NCBI RefSeq assembly: GCF_040938485.1
Contig: NW_027271292.1
Coordinates: 124,001 to 188,000 of the forward strand
Length of the DNA stretch: 64,000 bases
From: Diadema antillarum
Lineage: Eukaryota
Reading direction: 5' to 3'
This document shows, piece by piece, positions 12,537-22,692 of this stretch; the stretch's first letter is position 1, and each line of letters opens with the position of its first letter. A model generated the notes under the pieces. It ran no database searches. It was not told the origin of the DNA and saw only the letters and a list, made by a program, of their open reading frames with translations. The position numbers and the translations under genes are program-made.

Positions 12537-14150
12537 AGGGGAAATCCGGTCCAAATATAAGTTAGTCTTGACTTACTTGACTTAAGTCGGGTAGGTATTC
12601 CCGAGATCCATGGATGGATGTCCCTCCAGCGCTGTCTGTTCTCCATTACACTCGCAATGTCCTTTGTGTCATGCAGACCAGTGTCATTTCTAAGTGTGGC
12701 TACATAATGTGCGTCGAGGCCGCCCGCGTCTTGCTCTCCCATGTAGTGGTTCCCATAGTAAGACTGAGTGTAGTGTTAGCTCAGGGTGTCTTTGGGCATG
12801 TCCAGCGAGCCCTAGCCTCCTCTGAGCTATCATTGGAGCTAACTTTTGGTAGGGTCCCATACAGTTCTGAGTTAGTGATCCTCATCGTATATTGGTTGAT
12901 GTTTAGAGCCATCCTGAGCATGGTTGTGTAACAACCATCTAAGATTTTAGTGAGTCTTCTCGTCATAAACCAAGTTTCAGACCCATACAGAAGTACTGAC
13001 TTGACTGTTGCGGTGAAAAGGCGAACTTTAAGGTCCTTCCGCAAGTCTGATTTCCAGACAGTTTTTAAGCTGTGACATGCTGCCCATGCTTTTCTCTTTC
13101 TTGCGTCTACGTCCTCCTCAGAGTTTCTGATTTTGGCTCCAAGATATAGGAAGTCATTTACTAGCTCTATTGGCTGCCCACCCATACTTGTGATCCCTCC
13201 TGGCTCATCAATATTCTCGACCAGATATTTTGTCTTTTGTTCGTTCATTGTAAGTCCTACGCTGGCAGATACCACCTCTACTTCCCTCATGAGTTCCTCT
13301 GCATCCTTCACGGTGTTTGTCAACAGGGCAATGTCATCTGCGAATTCTGTGTCGGATATTTTCTTGGCCTTTACTCTCCTGCTCCGTGCTGGTGTCAAAG
13401 TAAATCCAAGATCTGGCTTCTTCTCTAACGCTAGGCGCATACAATAATCTACTGCAATTACGAAGAGGTAGGGGCCAGTGTGTCACCTTGGAGGTACTCC
13501 AGCAAGAATCTCAAAGTACTCTGTATTTCCATCAGGCGTGATGATCGTAGCTCTAGTGTTGGTGTAGAGCAGGAAGATCAGGTCGACAATCTTCTTTGGG
13601 ATGCCGTAAGCCAGTAGAATTCTCTTGAGCGTTCCCCTGTCGATGGAGTCAAAGGCTTTCCTGAAGTCAATGAAGACCATGACAGCAGAAAGGTTCTTTG
13701 CTCTGGCTCCCTCTAGAATTCTTCTGAGTGTAAGGATGTGGCTAGTTGTAGACCTGCCCTTTCTAAATCCATTTTGGTTGGCCCGGAGCTTCGTATCCAC
13801 TTCGTAGTTAGTCTAATAGGAAAAAAGTAAAGTTTTACCAGTTCAATGGTTAAAAAAATGACTGAAATCGGATGAAAAATAAGGAAGTTATGAAATTTTG
13901 AAAGTTTGTTAATTTCTGCAAAAAGTTCTTGTACAGTGGATATGAATATATGCATAATTGCTTTTTAATGAAAGACTGGAAATTTCACAATTTTATGTAC
14001 AAATGGCAAGTTGTGAGGGGATGACATGCTCACTTTGCCATTTACATATATTCATATTGATCGTTCAACAACTGCATGTTTCCTGAAAAATTAGCGAAAC
14101 TTCCAAATGTCATGATTAACTTTCTTATTTTTCACCCGATTTCGATCAAA
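12537..14150. mobile_element. TTAA-flanked (Kolobok-like) MITE interrupted by the RTE insertion; right end not found
   Basis: TTAA|AGGGGAAATCCGG at 12533. The sequence resumes after the LINE (aatagg...tgaaatcggatgaaaaataaggaagttatga), and an internal inverted copy ttcttatttttcacccgatttc lies near 14125-14145. Confidence 0.55.
12569..13805 (-). mobile_element. 5'-truncated non-LTR retrotransposon (RTE/RTEX-type) with a frameshifted reverse transcriptase
   Basis: RT motifs NQNGFRKGRST, FIDFRKAFDSI, GV[L]QGDTLAP, EFADDIALL, FLYLG; C-terminal LAGHAQRH...LLWEPLHGRARRGRP; 3' microsatellite-like tail (aagtcaagtaagtcaa on -); 9-bp TSD AGTTAGTCT at 12560-12568 and 13806-13814. Confidence 0.92.
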
Positions 14151-15526
14151 ATCTGCGGTATAAAATCTATAATTTTGACAAAGATGATAACAATGATGAT
14201 CAGTTGCCTTCAGATGTTATTTTCAGAAAAAAAAATAAAACGTCAGTATGATCGAGTAACTGGCAAATTATTCGAAGGTTTTTTTTTTTTTCAGATGTAG
14301 CAATCTATCAAGATACATTGAATGAGTGTTTCCCCAAGCTATGATACCATTATTAAGATAATGCAAAATTCAAACTGAATATAAAATAACTAGGGTTCAC
14401 GGGGTGGGGAAAACTTTATTTAGGACACCAATGTTTATTAGACAGAAATGTTTATTTAGGACACCAAAACAACAACGACAACAACGCCAATGTTACAAGA
14501 CTCTTTTAATGACAGATATCATCAATATGTACGTGTCTTCCACGAATGTTCATTGTCAATAAAGTCAATCCAAAAAACTTCGTTGACGAAACGACATCTA
14601 TACCAGTATCATCATAGGAAAATTATTCTTAAGAATTACTAAATAACATACACTTATAGTTTTGAAAATGCTCAAAGACAATTAATTTTGTTTGATCTTA
14701 TCTATAATAAAGCAACTTTTTGAAGTTCTGAATTTAAGGTTTCCATCAAAATGTGAGGATCTGGATGTGAAAAAAATACGTTTGATTCATCTGCAAAGAA
14801 CAAACAAACAAACACACACGAAAGATAAAGCATCAGAAACATTTTTTTTTCTTAATATCTTTACACACGTTGTAAAAGATCAGGGACTGTTGAACGTACG
14901 TTTTTTTCAAGGGGGAGTACAATTGACCCCCTTTTAGACGGTAAGAATGGTCGGAACCTTAGGCAAGAGTGGGTGCTGTGATTTTATTTTTTAATATCTA
15001 TTTTTTTATTCAGATTTGTTTTACAAATGCCACCACCTCCCCTGAGAGGATCGACCGATGTCAAAACTCCATGAGAGCTACTTAGTATCAGGAAAATGAT
15101 AGTTAAAAGAGATTACATACATACGTAACCTGTCTGCTGCACGAAAAAAAGAATAGATCTTCAGTACTAGTATCCCTTATACATTTTTTAGCTGTCCCGT
15201 GCTTTTGTCTTGTCTTTTATCACCAGTCCCGATTGACACACCCCCCCCCCCCCCCCCCCCCCCCCAACCACCCCCACCCACCACCAATAAAACCCAAACC
15301 TTGTTTTGTGATAACCTTGCTGCAAGTTACTCAACGAACGTGTTACGTGTGGTACTGAGGGGTTTACATGTATGTACACGTACGTGATCCTTCATTCACG
15401 AACGAACAGATTGCACGTATACTGTACCGGCACAGTGACTACTGCGCTATTGCACTATATTTGGTGGCTTTCTTTCTTGCTGCTGTTGCGAAATCCCAAG
15501 GCTATCATTCATCAACGATCTGTAGG

Positions 15527-15550
15527 ATGGAAGACAAAAATAAATATATG
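15527..15550 (+). CDS. SGPL1: Preferred candidate first coding exon of SGPL1a (MEDKNKYM)
   Basis: ATGGAAGAC start identical to exon 1 of SGPL1b; phase-0 donor ATG|gtaagc fits the phase-0 exon at 22545; lies in a CpG-richer region. Confidence 0.5.
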
Positions 15551-16605
15551 GTAAGCTTATCGCGTTCACGTCCAACTAATGAAGAAATACAATATTAGAT
15601 TCAGACTTCTGAATGCTGGTTGGTTGCAGCGCAGCATACAGTATACTAGCAGTACGCCAGTCGGCTTATCTGAACGGATAAGAAAAGACACAGTCCCATT
15701 CGTTTTCTTATGCGTTACGTTAACTTCCTCGTTTTATTGCTAGCCAGCATATCTAGCCAGACGCCATGCGACTTCTGTAATTTACAGTATCTTTACAGCG
15801 GACAGGGCTGCGGGCTGTGTAGATTCTACCTCTAGTTGCGTGATTACATGGCACCTTTTGTACTTTCATTCATCATGATCATGCTCAGTAGAATGCTATA
15901 GAATTAGAAACTGGTTCTAGATCTACATCCTTGCTAGTAAACGTAAACTTACAGTTAAATAAATTTACGGCAATTGCGTAAAGTTTAGCTCTAAAGTATT
16001 AAATTTATAGTATAGTAGGCCCTAAAGTTTATTAAAGATACAGCAATCGTAGATTTTAGTAGATTGTACCTTGTGTAGTTTAGACAGAAAGATCCGTCCG
16101 TCCGGAGGAGTCTTTTATTTTTTGTCGTTATCGCTCTCCTCCGGAGCTGAGGGGATTGGGATCCATCACGCCAGCCAGACGAAGTCTTTAGCTCCGCTCC
16201 GCGGAACATATCCCCGACGACCAGATACAGTGTTACAGACCGATCTTTCGATCAACTTGTAGTTGTGGCATGTGCAGACACCTTGACTCTGAGAATGCCT
16301 CCACCATTGTCAGCAGAGCTCTACATGTGTAGATCTAAATCTGATGAAAGTGTAGACTAGATCTAGATCGGCAAAATTAGGCCCCACACTGTACACACAG
16401 GCAAAGTAAGGAACCCCCAAAACCAATTAAATCTGCCCCATCTTCGTTGACCTCTTTATGGCTTTAAGCTTTCTAATATGGTTGTTAACGTGGTTGGCCA
16501 TTCACAATTGACGCATTTTTGTCTGTCCAGGACATATTAGCCATTCATACATGTACGTACATGTATGTATTTAATACGTTAATGTACTAAAAGCCACTAC
16601 ATAGT

Positions 16606-17117
16606 ATGGTTGGGGCACCACCTATCGACAGGGCACCTTCCCATCGACACCCTGCGTATCATGGCTGTTTGCGTATAGAACAAAAAAGTACGCGCGGGAT
16701 TGTGTCATTAGCTATAAAAACAATAAAAACGAAGAAACGAAAATCAAACTCAAACAAACCAAGCTAAAAATTACACATCCGATCAGTAACGACGCATGGC
16801 TGTGAAATTCACGTGTATTACCTATGGCCTGTGAAATTCACGTGTATACCTATGCTGTGAAATTCACGTGTATACCTATGGAGGAGAGGGGGTGTCGATC
16901 GCAAGGTTCCCTTTTTAGCTGCGCGAAGAAAACGGAACGCACGCACTAAAATTGCGCTATTTTAAAACGGAGATTCATAATCAACGAGACGGTCACGACA
17001 TTCAAAACTGCAGTATTTATGGCATATTTGAGGTAAGAATTAGGCGGATTTGTATTATATTTTTAGAATAAACAAGCTACAGATCCTTAGGGTGTCGATA
17101 CGTGGTACCCCCAACCC
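16606..17117. mobile_element. MITE with imperfect ~30-bp TIRs and an internal triple tandem repeat
   Basis: Left gtatggttggggcaccacctatcgaca vs reverse complement of right gtagggttgggggtaccacgtatcgaca; gtgaaattcacgtgta(t)tacctatg repeated three times at about 16801-16880. Confidence 0.6.
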
Positions 17118-17889
17118 TACAAGGCAGAGAAATGTTTTTGTTCGTTTGTTTGCTTGTTTGTGTGGCTTTTTGTAGAACAGTAAAGTAATGTTAGGTCCCT
17201 AGATTTAGAACATTGATAAGAAATCTTCAGAACGTTTATAGGCCAATCAGTTGAAAAATAAATTTAACATTTATTATTTGCCTTCATATGTTGTAACATC
17301 AATGTCCGTCCAGTGTTTAGTACAAACAGACATTAGTGGATTTTTTTAATAAAACAAAGATTTTCATTTCAGGTTATGGCAAAAATTCTGCAAGATTGCT
17401 TGTTCTGAAGCAGTTTTTGGGCAAAGTCACAAGTTGCATTCTCTTGTGAAAATGTTCGAACAGATTGTTTTTTTTTTTTTTGGGGGGGGGGGTTGATGCA
17501 CATTGGAAACAGAAAATAACCCAACATCCCTGTACTGCTGTAGCTGTACCCTTAAAGATGGGCCATCCTTTTTGCATTCCTTACCAAATAGGCGGGGGCG
17601 GAGTGATGTCACTTCCGCCTAACGACGAACTCGCTGCCCTTAGTGCGATGAAAACAATAGCCATCAAACGAGCGTGCAACAGAGCATGCAATGCCGTCAT
17701 ACAATACACGAATTGCAATATATGGGACCGTTCATTAGCACACATAAATGGAGTTTACGTGGATCTACACTGGAGCTGTCAGTGCACGCTGTGTTACTAC
17801 TGTCGCGTTTAACGCTGTTCATTTCACTGTTATTTACTGCTGAATCTAGTTCATTGTTTCAGTTAAAAGATGCTTTCATAGATTTTAAA

Positions 17890-18678
17890 ATGTCTTTCGA
17901 TTACTGTGATAAACTTTCACGGGAAGCAAAGGAGAGATACGGGACTAAACTGTCCTCCATCGGCCTTGCAGTTTGTCCTTACCGTGTACCCGCAGACTCG
18001 TGGATCAATGACCCTACGTCATGGCCAGACATTCAATTCGCCGATATGTACATGAACCTAACGAGTAGAGTAAGAACCCCAATTTTCGGCCGGCCTCCAA
18101 AATCCGGACACTTTTCCAAAGCGCACACGAATTAGGTCCCGTGTAAAGAATCGGGGTCGCCGAAAAAGCTAAAAAATTGAAAAATTATGCCGTTCTGTTG
18201 CAAGATTTTTTGCTTGTCGCAAGCTCAGAGTGCGATGGTATCCTCAAAAACACAAAAGAAAAACAAAATCTCTGTACGTACCGATGCAGTGAATAAATGT
18301 ACAGGGGCTGAATGCAAGTGCAGAGTCCCCAAAATTCGGACACGAACGGGCGCCGCAATGTCCCCGATGCAACCTTGCGCCAACAAAGTATGGCGCACGC
18401 GGATTTTACAGCGGCCTTGTATGCGTATTGACATTGCGCGTGTGTCCGAATTTTGGAGACGCTGTCTGAATTTTGGGGCATTGACAAGGTGATAATATTT
18501 GGGGATTTCGTGAAATGTTATGATCTGCTTGACAAAATCAATATTTGGAAAAATTTTCTAGGTTGATATATTCAACATACATTATTATAGATATAATTTT
18601 GTAGAGTATTATTTGAGTTGAATAAATATTGCAAAAAAGCTTAAGTGTCCGAAAATTGGGGCTTTTACTCTACACCTG
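17890..18678 (+). pseudogene. N-terminal remnant of the ISL2EU-type second ORF, split by a MITE
   Basis: aaaATG; MSFDYCDKLSREAKERYGTKLSSIGLAVCPYRVPADSWINDPTSWPDIQFADMYMNLTS, continuing TPG|gttagt once the 18068-18670 insert is removed. Confidence 0.6.
18068..18670. mobile_element. 603-bp TA-flanked MITE nested in the ISL2EU-like element
   Basis: TA|GAGTAAGAACCCCAATTTTCGG ... CCGAAAATTGGGGCTTTTACTC|TA. Confidence 0.8.
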
Positions 18679-18742
18679 GTTAGTAGGTTATCATTTACTT
18701 TCAGTAATTTGAATTTAGCGTGAAAGCCATAAGCTGACGTCT

Positions 18743-18886
18743 TCATTCTCCCGGCTGATAGCAGCTAACCACCGGTTCCTTCTTTTTTTGGCTGCGATCA
18801 CGCTTTGGAAGTTCAAAGAAAGATCGTTTTTTGTCCAACATTAGACTATGATTATGGCAGCGAAACACAACACAACTTCGAGGCAT
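18743..18886 (-). pseudogene. THAP zinc-finger N-terminus of a transposase, frameshifted
   Basis: MPRSCVVFRCHNHS...RSFFELPKRDRSQ, then a shift in an A-run to RRNRWLAAISREN, matching the THAP C-x-x-x-x-C ... F-x-x-P ... R-R-x-x-W-L-x-A-I-x-R pattern. Confidence 0.75.
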
Positions 18887-19883
18887 TGTGAGGATGTGAA
18901 ACAAACGATGAAATGATGTACGAATCTGCAGTAAAAATGTCAGAAAGCTGTGCAAAAATCCCGATAACAATGTCAAAATGATAACCGATAATAATAGCAC
19001 ACTAGCGTATAGCGTTCATTCAGTGCAGTGCATGTGTGTACCGTGCGTGTATTATGCATGCGATGCATTGCGGAGCGCTGCACTAGGGTATTGTCGCTAC
19101 GCATTTGTTTTCATCGGCCGGTCAGTTACTATGGCTCGATGTCGAAAATGCCCGGATGTTCGCCCCCGCCTATAGCACAGAACATGATATGTTCCACCAG
19201 AATGACAACACTATTGTAGAGCTATAACATTTCTGTGATATTTGAAGGTTGTTAGCCCTTAAAATTAAAATAATGCACTAAATGCTCACCGCAACGTATT
19301 CTGTGTACCAGTCACATCTACATACAATGCATGCTAATCCTCCTGTGGTTGTAATACTTATACTTCAAGCAAAAGATATGCGTGTTAAAGGTGTCAGAAA
19401 GGAAGAATTCACTAGCTTCTTTTACTTTCTTATCTACATGTATGGCAAATAACAACACACCACTTACATGAACTACATAGTGCATCACGCAGGTCTGTAA
19501 AACTAGACTTTTAGTAGTTTAGATTTGTAACTTTTTCGTAGTACGAAAATATTATTTGAATCTTAACGGTCAATTCAACTCAACAAATACAGACCCTCTT
19601 GAGTTCAAAATTTACAGGAGGTTTCCAAATAGTGTTTTCTTCAATGCCTATTTTTTAAAAATTTGCATGCAAAAAGGATGATTTTTATGTCTTTTTAAAG
19701 TGAAAATGCCCAATTCTATTGTGATTGTTATACATTGTATCTCCTTGGAAAGTGTCCACTCCATAAAACTCAGCTAGCAGCTGTGACACCCTTAAAATAC
19801 AAACACAGTTGGGAGGTACTGACAATATGCACACAGTGTAGGCCTACAGTGTATTCTAAAGACTTATCAGGAAAGAGGGGCAT

Positions 19884-19929
<46 letters not shown>

Positions 19930-21461
19930 TGTGCTCTTGGAGGCTGTGTCATATCAGCAAGCTTTGGATCTGCTACGCGAACACTAAAAATGACACGGCC
20001 TCCCAGGTTGGACAATGGGAACAGGCTGTCTCGCTCATGTGCAGGACAACTTTTTTTGCTAGTAATTAGCATCATATTACTGTTTGCAGTGCTCACAGAT
20101 CTAAAGCTCGCTATTACCTCAGTTTGACTACTACTTTATCGCATATCTTTTGGAGGTTCTCCAAAAGAAGGGACTCTAAACAGGGTATTCAACTACAGCT
20201 GTATGTATATGATAATAATTGCTGCATTGATGAAAGTCCTGAAGGACTAAAACTGTAAGTCATGGATCATGTAAAAATATGTTCTCAAAGTTACTGTAAA
20301 AACAGATACGTGTGTGCATTTTAATTTCACAAATATCTCGATAGCAGAGATTCACAGAATTAAAATGCATGCAAAATTTGTCTTTGTACACTATAATGCA
20401 TTGGATTCCAGCACTTGGCAACTTGCAAAAATTTAATGCCATTAAAAAGGTTTTTAGCATCACTTTGTGAAAATTTCATAGCATGAACATTTCTTCCTTT
20501 GCAGTACAATAGCTAATTCTTAGTTTTCATTGAATCTCCCAACTACAGTGTAGAAATCATGGGCTTAGGTTATAGCTCAATGATAAAAACACTTCTGCCA
20601 AGCATTGTAGTATTAAACAAAGGAAGTTGAACGCAGTTTATAAATGAGCTCATGGTTTTGCTTGTCCTAGCCAGAGCAAGCACTAGGTAATAAGTATTCA
20701 AGTACCTGAAGAAAACTCAAAATGGGTGCACACACTTTCTCTCTGAAGAATAGAGTAAGCTTGCTTGCTACATTGTTCTATTGACTTTTTGTATTAGTCA
20801 TGCAGGTATTATGGCATGCTTGTAGCAGTACCTGCTGTCTCCCACTAGATCTGTCTGTCATGGTGTGAAGTTCGTTGCTCAATCATGTTATCATGCTGTC
20901 TTGAAGATGATTAGGCCTACAGTTTGTTTGATATGTGTCAGCTAGTGAGATATGATTAGATATTCTAAACTGAGAGGTATTGCTGGTGGGTGTTGCCCTA
21001 ATGTTTATCTTAAAAGATTTCAGATATTGTTTGATATTTTCAATAGATGTTTTTTTTTTTTTTTTGCTGGGTTGATGTGCATTCTCAAAGTGGATGTCCA
21101 TGATAGTGTAAGGACCCCCATTGCCTCATGGACTGGGTCAAGTCAGCAAATACTCTCCCATCAGAAAGTTCCAATTCTGTTTAGCGCTTACCGATATGAA
21201 AGGATGAATTACAATGTAAATTTCAAGGACTCCTAAATGACACACACATAAATTCTGTTAAATGTACTACATGTACAGTAGGTTATCATTTTGTAGGAGC
21301 CATCAGTAAATTGAGCGTGAATATTAATAGTGTATTTGGAGTGTCTGAGCTCAGAGTTCAAGATTCTGTCAGAGATTTCATATATTGTGTATTTAGTGGC
21401 ACAGTATGTTAGACAAAATGGTAATTAGTGTCACTGTGTGATAGACATGGCACATTAAAAG

Positions 21462-21595
21462 NNNNNNNNNNNNNNNNNNNNNNNNNNNNNNNNNNNNNNN
21501 NNNNNNNNNNNNNNNNNNNNNNNNNNNNNNNNNNNNNNNNNNNNNNNNNNNNNNNNNNNNNNNNNNNNNNNNNNNNNNNNNNNNNNNNNNNNNNN
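21462..21595. other. Assembly gap (N run) upstream of the first firm SGPL1a exon
   Basis: 134 consecutive N. Confidence 1.
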
Positions 21596-22544
21596 GAGTT
21601 AATATCAGTGGCCTTTGCTCAAAGCTTGATGTAGCCACAACTATTTCATGATATTATGAAGCGATGAAAAAAGACTTTAAAACAGTAGTTTACACTGTGT
21701 GGTATTCATACTTGGATACGCAATAGCTGTAGCTTCAGCATTAACCCAATGCATACGACAAGTGATAAATTGAAGTCTAGAGAGATTTCAAAAACTTGAA
21801 TACGTAGGAAACAGCCTGAGCAAGAATGAAAGAGAGAGAGAGAGAAAGAGTGTACCGTACTACAAGTATGTAAACATACATTGGACAATGCGTATTACAA
21901 CTTTAGGGTAATTGACACTTTTATACAGTGTAGTTCAAGCTAATAAAGCAGTCAGTCATGTTAGACCTACAGGATGACTCAAATCTATTTCCCACAATTG
22001 ATTGTCACTATCATGGAAGTTAATTTCCTTTTGGTTAACGGTTTACCGCAAAGTGTGTGTGTGTGTGTTCATTTATTTGGGGGGGGGGGGGGTGGCGTAG
22101 GGAGATATCTGTAAGAAATGGTGACAAACTTTCAAAGTTTCAGTTTCAAAGTTTCAGTTGCGTGCGTCCAGATTTGCGAGAGTTCAGGAAATTTCCCTTA
22201 TCTTAGTGGGAAGATTTGCGAGAAGTTTCCAGGAAGTTTGAGGTCACACTGGCGAACTTTTGAGAAATTAAACTTCAAAAACATAAACATCGTGAAGTTA
22301 GTGTGGCTATGGATTATGTGTAGTAATTGAAAACTCTTCCATAATGTATTTGTTGCAATCAATCTAGTGTGACATGTAGAAACCTTGTCTACTGTATATT
22401 TATGACGATGGCTTTATGATTTATTTATGATGGCTTAATCGTATGAATATCTAGCAAAATCACAGTATATACAGTTTAACCCAGAGTATTACTTAAGTTT
22501 TACTAATTGTTTTTCTTTTTATCAATTTTTGTCTGATCTTAAAG

Positions 22545-22692
22545 GAGGTGGTACTTTTGTACCTTGACCAAGCAAGGCACCAGGTCAATGAACTATGCTC
22601 TGGACTGGAAGCATGGCAGGTCATTGCCTATTCAATTGGCATTACCCTGATTCTCACATGGCTCTACAGTTTCCTTGTCCATCCCAGACTCA
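22545..22692 (+). CDS. SGPL1: SGPL1a exon with the N-terminal membrane anchor
   Basis: aaag|[49 protein letters not shown]|gtaagt. Confidence 0.9.

Larger units (their letters stand above)
17590..19171. mobile_element. Internally deleted ISL2EU-like (PIF/Harbinger-related) DNA transposon
   Basis: AT|AGGCGGGGGCG...CGCCCCCGCCT|AT. Convergent 5' remnants of a THAP-domain ORF (-) and of the partner ORF (+) resembling the N-terminus of the exonuclease-type protein of this group. Confidence 0.7.

Noticed and set aside
15991-16209. Minus-strand ORF with KRLLRTDGSF, faintly like an inward-rectifier channel N-terminus
   Set aside because: The similarity is a few residues and no downstream channel exons were found.
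19990-20127. Short ORF with a signal-anchor-like hydrophobic stretch (MTRPPRLD...LFLLVISIILLFAVLTDL)
   Set aside because: It stops after 45 codons with no in-frame donor or continuation; it may be a micropeptide or chance, and cannot be supported.
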